Shown here in pieces: positions 31,825 to 41,258 of a stretch of DNA of 64,000 nucleotides. The notes under the pieces are model-generated. The model was not told the origin of the DNA, did no database searches, and saw nothing but the letters and a program-made list of their open reading frames with translations. Every line of letters starts with the position of its first letter. Position 1 is the first letter of the stretch. The translations under genes and the position numbers were made by a program. The DNA is from an uncultured bacterium (GTDB taxonomy: Bacteria > Hydrothermota > UBA3073 > NMUJ01 > CBEVQO01), in assembly GCA_965552055.1 (NCBI GenBank), contig CBEVQO010000001.1, positions 192,001-256,000 of the forward strand, read 5' to 3'.

Positions 31825-33165
31825 TTACCCTCCTATTTTACATATCTTTTTCTTAAAGAGTTTCTCTCCTCTTTTTACTATCAAAAAATATATTCCCTCC
31901 GATAATCCGGAGAAATTTATTCGAAAATTCTGCCTCCCTGTGCCTACCAGCTGAAATATCTTCTTCATTCTCAGTCTCCCCATTACATCATAAAGTTTTA
32001 CTTCAACTTCCTCGTCTCCAACTGCTATTAATTGCAGATTTATAAAATCTCTACATGGATTGGGATAAGCAACAAAATGCTCCCTACACGCCTCAACATC
32101 CCAAACTATCCTACCAAATATTCTATCACTTTGCCAATTTGTGGTATCGATTTCCTTTGCATAAACTACAAGAAACTGACCCGATGAAGCACATATTTCT
32201 TCTCCACTTATATCAAGATAACTTACCGGAACAATGTCCATTCGATATTTTATTTCTCCACTGTTGCCAATCAAAACACCTTTTACTCCCATTGGATAAT
32301 TATCGCTATCTAAGAAATATCCCATCACAACCAAAAAGTTGCGTCCATCATACGCAATTTGTGGACCACCAATATAACCTTCTACTTTTCCTAATAGTGA
32401 ATTTTGTCCCAAAGACCCTAAATAGGTGCCCCAAACACACTCTCTTGCACAATATGCAATATAACTAATGTTATCCCCACAAGCAATAGCTTGTCCTCCA
32501 GAAGTGCCTTCCAAAATATTGGGATCCGTGGCTACATTAAACTCTTTTAAAACCTGCAAATCTCTATTTAATTTCAAACAGTAAATATCTTCATCATAAT
32601 ACTCATCTAACGCGAATAAAACTAAGATGTTATTGCCATCAAATGCTACTTCTGGAGGCCAGCAAATCACATACCAATGTCTTTTTAACACCTTTGGTTC
32701 TCCGAGGACTTTGCCTTCGGGCGATACCTTCACCACTCTTAACTCATCCCCTGACTCCGTCTTACAAATCCAGCACACAACAAAATTTTCACCATCAAAG
32801 ACACAAGATGCGTCACCAAAAGTAGTATCTATCTTGATTCTTTCTGCATTTAAATCTTTCAAAGAAGTGTCGAATATAGCACAATATAAGCCTGTATCTG
32901 GTAAGTAGCCACTCCAAATAACTAAATAAACATCTTTACCGTAAGCCACCGCAGGATGGCATCCTCCGGTACCAAAATACTTAATTAAAGTAATAGGAGT
33001 ATCTACAAGTGTCCCCATAGTTGTGACATGTACTCCGTTAATCAAATAATATCGCGTATTTTCTTCTTTTTCACGCCAAATTACAAAATATTTTTCTCCA
33101 TTATAAACAACTTGAGGGTACTTCTGTGTTCTATCACTCAACCCAATTCTAAACTCGTCCCCCAC
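31825..33165 (-). CDS. T9SS-like CTD-containing beta-repeat protein (partner A1), paralog of 26759-28012
   Basis: Shared blocks GDEFRIGLS, FDGENFVVCWICK, SGDELRVVKVSPEGKVLGEPKVL and near-identical CTD. Confidence 0.8.
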   Translation of the reverse strand: MGDEFRIGLSDRTQKYPQVVYNGEKYFVIWREKEENTRYYLINGVHVTTMGTLVDTPITLIKYFGTGGCHPAVAYGKDVYLVIWSGYLPDTGLYCAIFDTSLKDLNAERIKIDTTFGDASCVFDGENFVVCWICKTESGDELRVVKVSPEGKVLGEPKVLKRHWYVICWPPEVAFDGNNILVLFALDEYYDEDIYCLKLNRDLQVLKEFNVATDPNILEGTSGGQAIACGDNISYIAYCARECVWGTYLGSLGQNSLLGKVEGYIGGPQIAYDGRNFLVVMGYFLDSDNYPMGVKGVLIGNSGEIKYRMDIVPVSYLDISGEEICASSGQFLVVYAKEIDTTNWQSDRIFGRIVWDVEACREHFVAYPNPCRDFINLQLIAVGDEEVEVKLYDVMGRLRMKKIFQLVGTGRQNFRINFSGLSEGIYFLIVKRGEKLFKKKICKIGG

Positions 33166-33256
33166 TATTATTTTTGCTGTATCAGTGAAGAAAATTAGTG
33201 CTAAAACTACCCCATCGTAAATTTTAATCCAATTATCGGAGTGTCAAGAAAAAATT
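33134..33256. repeat. 123-bp direct repeat P, upstream copy
   Basis: Identical to 27981-28103. Confidence 0.92.
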
Positions 33257-35627
33257 AAATTGTCAAATCTACTTTCAAATCTGCTCTTAGTTCGAGTGTT
33301 TTATAAACTGGGCGGGAAGATTTTGCGTATCTACCCTTTAAATTCAAATTTATTCTCCTAATCTTTGATGTAATCTTTATCTGGGTCTCTTCCAGTGTTC
33401 GCTGTAAGCTTCCCGTTGAGTAACAGTAAGAATGCGATAACTCAAAGTTAACTCCTTTAAAATTTGCCTTTATACCTGGTGTAATCTTTAAATTATACCA
33501 GACTGCCACTGTATCTTTCTGCAATAGAAAAGGGTCTTGCCCTTCTGTCCTGTCAAAACTAAAAACTGCCTGCGTGTTCAGGAAATCTGTAATTTTCCTC
33601 ATCACCTCAAAATTTATCCCATGAGACCTCGTCTTCGTTGGTGCAGAATCCGGCAACTGCCAGAAATACCCAAAATAGTCATAATATGACCTTATTGTCA
33701 GAAATTCACCTCTATAAACAACTCCTGATTTTACCTCAAATCTTTTTTCTGTCTTATAAAGTTCGACTGTATCTCCCGGTATCCCAGGCGCTACTGCAAA
33801 TCTAAACAAACCCTGTTTCCTCAAAGAATCCACCTGTAACTCAAATCCCCACCTTTCACCAAAACCATAATTGAAAAGAATTTGCCTCTGTATAACATAA
33901 TTATCATAAAGTTTGCGATTGGGATTTAATTCATCAAATCTCAATGCCCTTTGATTGAAATGCAGAAAGGATAACTTTGAATTTTTGAAAGGACTTAAAT
34001 TTACAAAAATCCTCAATCCAGATAAATCTTTAACTCTATTTCCAGCGGATATTGTATAGGAAAATGTAGGTATTGCCTGTAGAGATATAACCCTGTGCGG
34101 TTTTACGGATGTTATCCATCTGTTTGTAAACTCCTCTGAACCGCCATACAATGTCTGGGTCTTTGCCGTGTGATTTCCGTCCACCTTTATCCATTTTGCA
34201 GGTAAAATTTTGTATTGAAGTGAAAAACTAATCTGGCGTTTTTCTGATTGAAGTAAACTTCCTGTCAGACGCAATTTCCAGAAAGAAAGATTGAGAAAAG
34301 CACTTGCACTGTAAACATCATATAAAATATCGTGCCTGTAAGAGAAATCAAAATTAAAGAGTTTGAGATTCAGTGAAAATCCCGCATTGTAAACCGTTTG
34401 TGAGCGAACACTATCCCTTATTAGCCATTTTTTACCTATGCCTGCAGAAATTTTATAAAATTTGTGAGAAAGCGAAAAATTTGCAGAATGCTCTTTTTCT
34501 TCCTGATGGATAGAATCCGAACTTTGCTTAATCCATATATTTTTCTGCAATATTTTAATCTTTTTGAAGTCAAAATCCTCTGATAAAGTTTGCTGATAGA
34601 TATCCATATCTTCCTTTTCTTCTTTTGACCATTTATGTGAAATTGTCAAGAAATTGAAGGGAAGGAATTGCGTTGATAGTTCAAGTTTTCTTGAATTGGG
34701 AAATATCCCCGTGCCGATTGGTGAAAAGCCAGATTCTACTTTTTGATAACTACCTGATAATTTGAATTTCCAGAAATTTATGTTTGTCATCGTATTGTAT
34801 GCTCTGGCTGATTCTGATTGTGCGATTGAAAAGTTGAAATTTAAGGGCTTAAAATTAAAGCCAATATCTACGCCAGCAACTCTTTTCCCCTTTAATGTAT
34901 CTTTTTCTTGTGCAACAGCACCTGCTATTTTGAGAAATTTGTATTGTGATTCGAGCATCAAGCCCTGCAATCTGCTTCCCGCCACTGGCTGATATTCATA
35001 TTCAACTTCGATTAATTCATCCTCTGTAATTATTCTTTGGAATGTAATCCATCCTCTTTCGTAATTAATAGTATAATCTTTGCCACGCTCTAATTTTTTC
35101 AGGTTAAGTCCCTTGCCAACTCGCACCTTTTCGGAGTTATAGACCACATTTTGATGCCGTAATTCATAAGGACCCACGGAATTTTTACCCCATATTCTTT
35201 CAAAAGCAGGGATGCCCTTTGTTATTGATTTTATCACTTTCGCTGAAAATTTGCCATCTTTTCGAGGGAATTCACCTGTTGCTATTATTCCCATTATTGA
35301 TTTTGATGAAAGAACAAGTGGAATCAAACTTGCTTCACAATCTCCCAATTCTGCTTTGAAATTTTGCTTTTGAACTAAAAGGTAGTAGCGATTGAGATAA
35401 GGGAAAGCAGACCTTTGACTTACATTTCCCGCTATTTTTATCCCGTGCAACTCGCCGTCTATTGTTAGCAGGAGGGCATCTGCTCTTGCACTGTGAGGGT
35501 AAAATTCAGGAGGCATCTCACCTTCAAGCAAATACTTTGCACTGTAAGATACGGATTTATATCCCTGAACCTTCAAATAAGAGGTGTCAGAATCTGAAAG
35601 ATTTGTGAGTATCAAAAATATCAGCAC
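33255..35627 (-). CDS. Large outer-membrane beta-barrel-like protein
   Basis: Short hydrophobic N-terminus; NSEKVRV...LERGKDYTINYERGWITF motif (as in SprA-N-like domains), then long amphipathic beta-strand region. Confidence 0.65.
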   Translation of the reverse strand: MLIFLILTNLSDSDTSYLKVQGYKSVSYSAKYLLEGEMPPEFYPHSARADALLLTIDGELHGIKIAGNVSQRSAFPYLNRYYLLVQKQNFKAELGDCEASLIPLVLSSKSIMGIIATGEFPRKDGKFSAKVIKSITKGIPAFERIWGKNSVGPYELRHQNVVYNSEKVRVGKGLNLKKLERGKDYTINYERGWITFQRIITEDELIEVEYEYQPVAGSRLQGLMLESQYKFLKIAGAVAQEKDTLKGKRVAGVDIGFNFKPLNFNFSIAQSESARAYNTMTNINFWKFKLSGSYQKVESGFSPIGTGIFPNSRKLELSTQFLPFNFLTISHKWSKEEKEDMDIYQQTLSEDFDFKKIKILQKNIWIKQSSDSIHQEEKEHSANFSLSHKFYKISAGIGKKWLIRDSVRSQTVYNAGFSLNLKLFNFDFSYRHDILYDVYSASAFLNLSFWKLRLTGSLLQSEKRQISFSLQYKILPAKWIKVDGNHTAKTQTLYGGSEEFTNRWITSVKPHRVISLQAIPTFSYTISAGNRVKDLSGLRIFVNLSPFKNSKLSFLHFNQRALRFDELNPNRKLYDNYVIQRQILFNYGFGERWGFELQVDSLRKQGLFRFAVAPGIPGDTVELYKTEKRFEVKSGVVYRGEFLTIRSYYDYFGYFWQLPDSAPTKTRSHGINFEVMRKITDFLNTQAVFSFDRTEGQDPFLLQKDTVAVWYNLKITPGIKANFKGVNFELSHSYCYSTGSLQRTLEETQIKITSKIRRINLNLKGRYAKSSRPVYKTLELRADLKVDLTI

Positions 35628-36319
35628 TTAATAAAATGAACAACGATTCAGAATGTCAAGAAAAAGTAAGATTAAAGAGCGTACATCAGTATGGGATATT
35701 GTGAATTTTTTATCCAGAGCTAAACTTAGACCGAGGAATTATTGATAAAGCAATTGCATCGTTGAGAGAAATGGTTACACAAGCAAGCTTGGAATGACCT
35801 CCTTAGAATCACAACAAAAGGCATTCAAAGGATTAAAGAGATGGTGGAAAAATATCACTTTTAAACATAATTTTATGGGGAGATAAATTTAAAACAGATT
35901 TGGGTTATAGAGTTTCATTTGTTATATCTCCGTTTCGAAAAACAATAGATGCTATAAGGAATATTGGCGTCATCTTATTATCACAATTTTTCCTCTTATC
36001 TCCGACTTGTAAAAAATAAACTCCTGAAGGTAAATTTACAATTAGTTTGCCGTGACCAACTTTTACTAACCTTCCTTGCATATCGTATATTTTTACATTT
36101 TCGTTTGTCTTTATAATTATTTTGCCTTGAGAAGGATTCGGGAAAAATAAATTTCATAATCATTTCCATTAAACTTTTGCCAGCACATATGCCATAAGAT
36201 GCGAGATTTTGATAAAGGTAAAGGTGCCCAAATAATAAAAGGATTAAGGTCATCAAATCCATCTTCAGTTAAAGTGTCAATAATAAATCCATCTATCCAG
36301 CACTACTATTACAAATATT

Positions 36320-37423
36320 TTATTCTTGACCCACATATTTCAAAATAAAACCTCTTTGTTGAGAATCACTCCAATAATCACCCACTATCCAAATATAGTT
36401 TTTATCCAAAGCATGAATACCCCTGTAAATGCAGTAATTTCCCCCAAAAATTGAATCTACTTCCGTTATGGGATACCATTCATCACCATCATATTTCTCA
36501 AAAAGCGCTGGACCTACAAACCAAATATCATTTGATGAAAAAACATGCATATCAAATATTGTCGTAGTGTAAATTATATTCCACTTTTTGCCATCCCAGT
36601 ATAATATATCACATGGATAACATATTGCATAACCTTCATCTTCATTCAAGAAGAAGATTCGAACAGGCCATGCTAACTCTTCTTTTAATTCATTGGGTAA
36701 ATCTACCCATTCCCATTTACCATCTTTATAATGTAACATACAGGGCTTCATTCCTGTCGTTTCACCTCCACTCACTATCTCTATGTCTCCAACTCCAACC
36801 CATATCTCCTTTTCATTGCACCAAACTGCATGGACTCTACCGGGTTTTTCCAAGAGTATTTTCTCTATTTCTTGAGGAAATTTAAATTCACTCCATTTCT
36901 CGCCATCCCAGTGTAACATTAATGGACGCTCATTTCGAGGTGCACTGCTATCAAACACGCTACCTAAGGCAGCATACCCATTATCGGGAGAAGAAAAATA
37001 AATGTCCCACCAACTTGGATTTTTAATGAGATAAGAGGAACAAATATAAGATTTATTTCCATCAGAATATTTGTTTTCTAACTTCCATGATATTTTCCAT
37101 TCATTCCCGTCCCAATGGAGTATAGCCGCTTTTAATTCACCGTATCCTGTGCAAAGTGCCCATCCTTCATTTTCTGATAAAAAGAAAAATTTAAAAATTA
37201 ATGATATTCTGTCTTTATCAAAATCAGTAATATTCCATGTTTTACCTCCGTCAACGGTGTAGTATATTTTACTTCCAGAGGAAACCCAGCCTTTTTCTTT
37301 TGATATAAACCAACAATCCGTATAAGTTTTTGCAGGTTTCTGCGGAGTAATATCAATCCAGCCTGTTAATTTTTGTTTTTTGAAACAAACAATAAGAAAG
37401 CAAACCAATATCAATACTCTCAT
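36320..37423 (-). CDS. Exported beta-propeller (YCF48/BNR-like) protein
   Basis: Start MRVLILVCFLIVC; YTVDGGKTW, repeated LHWDGxxW and FFLSENEGW. Confidence 0.75.
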   Translation of the reverse strand: MRVLILVCFLIVCFKKQKLTGWIDITPQKPAKTYTDCWFISKEKGWVSSGSKIYYTVDGGKTWNITDFDKDRISLIFKFFFLSENEGWALCTGYGELKAAILHWDGNEWKISWKLENKYSDGNKSYICSSYLIKNPSWWDIYFSSPDNGYAALGSVFDSSAPRNERPLMLHWDGEKWSEFKFPQEIEKILLEKPGRVHAVWCNEKEIWVGVGDIEIVSGGETTGMKPCMLHYKDGKWEWVDLPNELKEELAWPVRIFFLNEDEGYAICYPCDILYWDGKKWNIIYTTTIFDMHVFSSNDIWFVGPALFEKYDGDEWYPITEVDSIFGGNYCIYRGIHALDKNYIWIVGDYWSDSQQRGFILKYVGQE

Positions 37424-37457
37424 AGGTATATTGAAATTTGATGCCAAAACTACCCCA

Positions 37458-37781
37458 TCATAAACCTTTATCTAAAAACTCAAAACAGATTTGGGTTATG
37501 GAAGTTTCATCTGCTATATCTCCGTAAAATTTTTTCATCGCCCTTTTTAGTGCTTTTTTTGATTTATAGCCATCTTCGCGTATCTCTTTCTCACCCACTT
37601 CTTTCCACTTCAAATATCTTATTTTTGTTATTCTTGCGAGTCCTATATTTTCGTCGCCTGCACGAATCATAACAACTTCACCTTCTTTGAAATCTTTTCT
37701 TATACCAAGTCGCAATGTTGCACGCTTCTCTCCTTTTTTCAATTTATCTTTATATTTCGCATCAAAATTAAGACACTTCAT
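37458..37781 (-). CDS. ASCH domain protein
   Basis: GEKRATLR (GxKxxTxR), EDGY, FYG; starts immediately after tmcA stop. Confidence 0.88.
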   Translation of the reverse strand: MKCLNFDAKYKDKLKKGEKRATLRLGIRKDFKEGEVVMIRAGDENIGLARITKIRYLKWKEVGEKEIREDGYKSKKALKRAMKKFYGDIADETSITQICFEFLDKGL

Positions 37782-40064
37782 TTAATCTAATTTCCCCTGT
37801 ATTTCTTTACGGAGTTCGAAAACCTCATCCGACCAGTCCCCATATTCTTTTATCAATTCTTTGAGTAAATCACGCATCCTGCGGGTACACCAGCCAACAG
37901 GCTTCTGAACGATTGCAGAGGTCTCTTCCCAGCTCCTACCTTCTAGCACCTTCGCTATCAATAACTCTTCATCTATCGGCTCAAGGAATGCAGTATCAAA
38001 TGTTTTCTCCGCAAAATAGGCATAAACAAGCTTATAAATCGCATCTCTCGTTAATTCATAAGTAGCAATTCCATAAGCATAATCGATTGCCCTTCGCCAT
38101 TGTGTAACAGTAAGGTCGAGTGTGCAATCTTTTCTCCACGATAAAAGACAGAGACGCAAAACAGATGGCTCAAGGTCGCGCAAAGGGTCAGATACAGCAT
38201 AAATAACCCTATCTATAAAATCATCCGCATATTGATACATAAGCTCGTGCATCCTCTGTGATATTGGCTTTACAACAAGCAAAGAATATTCTGCACTTAC
38301 GGGATTTCTCTGTGGTGAAATATGCATTGGCTTAAAACCATTTTTCAACCAGAAATTTAAAAGCTGAGGTGTAGCACCAAAAACTGCTCCAAGCCAGTCG
38401 ATCTCATCTTTGAATTCAGATTCAAGCTCTTTTAACAATTTTGTGCCGATACCTCTATCCATAAAAGAGGGATGGGTTGCGATACGCACAATCCTTATGC
38501 CTTTCAGTTTGCCAAATCTCTTTTCCCTGAAATGTTTTATCAATCTATCAGGAATTATATTTCCTGTGATGTTAAAACCTGCATAAGCTGTATCTATCAC
38601 ATTTTGAGGTAAGTTACCTTCAAGTGCAAACTGCAGTGAACAAACTATATGTCCGTCATATTCAAGAGCCCTTACTCTTTGATTTGGTATATCGCACAGC
38701 AACAAAAAGTCATTTGGATTATTCTTATAATGCGCCATAATCAAAATTCCAAAAAATTCTCGCAATTTCCTCTCGTCTTTTATAAAATCTTCAATTTCAC
38801 ATTTTAAATAATTCGTCTCTTTCAATTTAATTTCCTTCAAAGGTGCAGGTTCTGCATCTAAAATCAATGTTTTAAAAAGCCAATCTTCAATGGGGTCATT
38901 TTCCGAATATCTTATTGGTTCTTTCATTTCATATTTTGTTACACAAACATCTTCAAGTTTTTCCAATCTTTTTAAAAATCTTATAGAAAAACTTCTTCCT
39001 GCGCCTTCATATCCATGTATCGTGGAAGAATAGATAAGTTTATCTCCCTGTTGCAAAATCTGGAAAAGAGTAGGTGCTGGAATTGCTGCTGCTTCATCGC
39101 ACACTATCAGCTCTGTCTCCGCCCTTGTGGCATCGAGAGGGGTTAAATATCGCACTTTATAAGTATCTGTTTCAAGTATTTTACCTTCTTCATACTCTTT
39201 TATTTTAACTCCGAGTTTTTCCAATCCAATTTTTATAAATTTGAAAAGTTCATAAACATTTGAAGGTTCGGGTGATGTTACTATTATCTCTTTTTCTGTC
39301 AATAAATCCCTTTGTATGCAACCTGCAAGTGCTATCCCTATACCGCTTGATTTTCCTCTTCCTCTATTCGCAGTAAGCACAAATGCACACTTTAAATAAG
39401 GCGATTTCATCATAGCTTCGATAACACGCACAACCTCCAGCTGGTCTTTTGTTTTGCAAATATTATATAACTCTTTATCAAATTCACCTTCAGCAGGTAT
39501 TTCAAATTTTTCGCTTTCTTTAAAATTCTGCGGGATGCAACTTCCATCTTTTATAAGTTTACCTCTATCAAAGATAGCAATTCCTGGCGATGTTTTTAAT
39601 TTTTCAATATACCATTTAATGAAATTGTTTCTCACATCTTTCGGAGTATAGGGTGGTGTTAGTAATCTCAAATGATATTTATTTACTGCATTTATCCATT
39701 CATCCAGTGGCGGGCAAATCATAAAAAGCAGTCCTCCTCCCCGCACAATGCCCGTTAATGCACCATCATCAACAGGCTCAAGCGATTTATAGTGGTCAAG
39801 GATCAAAAGGTCATAAGTAGCGCCCAATAATTTTTGCTTATCCTTGTAAGCACATATTTCAATCCATTCCGGCAATTTAAACTCGAGTAAATCTTCGGGA
39901 TAGGGGGTCGCGATTACTGCTTTCTTTTTGCCGAGCAAATGTAAAGCATCTATTACTTTTTCAATAGCATCTTCATAAACATCTGCAAAAACAATCATCC
40001 TCCTTTGATTGTAGCGCTCGGCTTCTGCTTTTAGAGACAAAATATGCTCCCTTATTCCCTGCAT
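37782..40064 (-). CDS. tmcA: RNA cytidine N4-acetyltransferase TmcA/Nat10 family (helicase + GNAT)
   Basis: LTANRGRGKS, DEAAAIP, STIHGYEGAGRSF, EPIRY..DPIE, AHYKNNPND, RIVRIATHP, RGIG. Confidence 0.93.
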   Translation of the reverse strand: MQGIREHILSLKAEAERYNQRRMIVFADVYEDAIEKVIDALHLLGKKKAVIATPYPEDLLEFKLPEWIEICAYKDKQKLLGATYDLLILDHYKSLEPVDDGALTGIVRGGGLLFMICPPLDEWINAVNKYHLRLLTPPYTPKDVRNNFIKWYIEKLKTSPGIAIFDRGKLIKDGSCIPQNFKESEKFEIPAEGEFDKELYNICKTKDQLEVVRVIEAMMKSPYLKCAFVLTANRGRGKSSGIGIALAGCIQRDLLTEKEIIVTSPEPSNVYELFKFIKIGLEKLGVKIKEYEEGKILETDTYKVRYLTPLDATRAETELIVCDEAAAIPAPTLFQILQQGDKLIYSSTIHGYEGAGRSFSIRFLKRLEKLEDVCVTKYEMKEPIRYSENDPIEDWLFKTLILDAEPAPLKEIKLKETNYLKCEIEDFIKDERKLREFFGILIMAHYKNNPNDFLLLCDIPNQRVRALEYDGHIVCSLQFALEGNLPQNVIDTAYAGFNITGNIIPDRLIKHFREKRFGKLKGIRIVRIATHPSFMDRGIGTKLLKELESEFKDEIDWLGAVFGATPQLLNFWLKNGFKPMHISPQRNPVSAEYSLLVVKPISQRMHELMYQYADDFIDRVIYAVSDPLRDLEPSVLRLCLLSWRKDCTLDLTVTQWRRAIDYAYGIATYELTRDAIYKLVYAYFAEKTFDTAFLEPIDEELLIAKVLEGRSWEETSAIVQKPVGWCTRRMRDLLKELIKEYGDWSDEVFELRKEIQGKLD

Positions 40065-40070
40065 ACTTAA

Positions 40071-40134
40071 AATTTAATGAAAATTTAAAAAAGTCAAATA
40101 AGAAAGCTTGACATCTACAATTTTTATTTAAAAT
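40071..40134. promoter_or_regulatory. Divergent leaderless promoters for tmcA (-) and the GT4 gene (+)
   Basis: Minus: TTGACT-N15-TAAATT-6nt-ATG; plus: TTGACA-N15-TAAAAT-5nt-GTG. Confidence 0.65.
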
Positions 40135-40139
40135 ATTGT

Positions 40140-41258
40140 GTGAAAATTTGTATAGTTACAGATATTTATCGTCCTTTTCCCGGAGGTGTTGCGGAACATG
40201 CTTATAACCTCTGTCATGCTCTAAGAAAACTGGGTCATGATGTAAAAGTTTTGACTTCCTTATTTGATAAAAAGGTAAAAAATTTCCCTGAAGTTTACCC
40301 TGTTGGAAGATGCTTAAAAATTAAATCAAATGCCACCATTGTAACATTTGGCGGAATACATCCTGCAACTCCTTTTCTTGTTTCACGCTTCTTTAAGCAT
40401 CATTCTTTTGATATTGTGCACATCGAAGGACCTGCAATGGGTTTCAACATGGGATACTGGGCACTCGTAACCTCTCCTTATCCGTGTGTCGCATCGATTC
40501 ACACCGTTTATTATGGATACAATTATTATTCTCTCGCAAGATTCTTATTCTCGGGTACTTTCAAAAAATTAAAGGCAGTTTTGCCTGTGTCAGAATCGGC
40601 AAAAAAAGAAATCGAAAAATATTTTAAGGCAAATTACAAAATAATACCAAATGGAATAGATATTGAAAAATTCAATCCCAATGTAAAGCCCCATCCCAAA
40701 ATGTCCGGTGATTTTAAGAAAATTTTATATGTTGGCAGACTGGAAGAAAGGAAAGGTCTGGAATATTTGCTCCGCGCTTTTCCTCTAATTAAAAAAGAGA
40801 TAAAAGATGCGAAACTTTTTGTTGTTGGTAAAGGACATCTTGAAGATTATTTTAAAAAACTTGCTTCGAAATTTGGAAGCGATGTTGAATTTGTAGGATA
40901 TGTTCCTTTTGAAGAACTACCTTCTTTTTATGCTGGGTGCGATGTTTATTGCTCACCTGCTACAGGCGGAGAAGCATTCGGTATAGTTTTGCTAGAAGCT
41001 ATGGCTACGGGAAAACCTGTCTGCGCATCAAGGATTGAAGGTTATTCTGAAGTAATAAAAGATGGGGAAAATGGATTACTTTTTGAACCAAAAAATCCAC
41101 AGGATATAGCAGATAAAATTATAAAAATTTTAAAAGATGAGAATTTGAGGAAAAAGTTGATAGAAAATGGCTTGAAATTTGCTCGAAATTTATCGTGGGA
41201 AAATATAGCGAAAAAGCATCTTGAAATTTATGAAGATGTAATAAAGGGGAGGGTATGA
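40140..41258 (+). CDS. GT4 glycosyltransferase (PimA-like)
   Basis: PGGVAEH, IPNGID, VGRLEERKG, GEAFGIVLLEAMA. Confidence 0.92.
   Translation: MKICIVTDIYRPFPGGVAEHAYNLCHALRKLGHDVKVLTSLFDKKVKNFPEVYPVGRCLKIKSNATIVTFGGIHPATPFLVSRFFKHHSFDIVHIEGPAMGFNMGYWALVTSPYPCVASIHTVYYGYNYYSLARFLFSGTFKKLKAVLPVSESAKKEIEKYFKANYKIIPNGIDIEKFNPNVKPHPKMSGDFKKILYVGRLEERKGLEYLLRAFPLIKKEIKDAKLFVVGKGHLEDYFKKLASKFGSDVEFVGYVPFEELPSFYAGCDVYCSPATGGEAFGIVLLEAMATGKPVCASRIEGYSEVIKDGENGLLFEPKNPQDIADKIIKILKDENLRKKLIENGLKFARNLSWENIAKKHLEIYEDVIKGRV

Noticed and set aside
27981..33256. Cassette as IS element, prophage or invertible shufflon
   Set aside because: No transposase, integrase or phage genes seen; repeats are direct, not inverted
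35996..36262. 88-aa minus-strand ORF
   Set aside because: No motif; the overlapping alternative frame looks more protein-like, so the region is treated as gene debris
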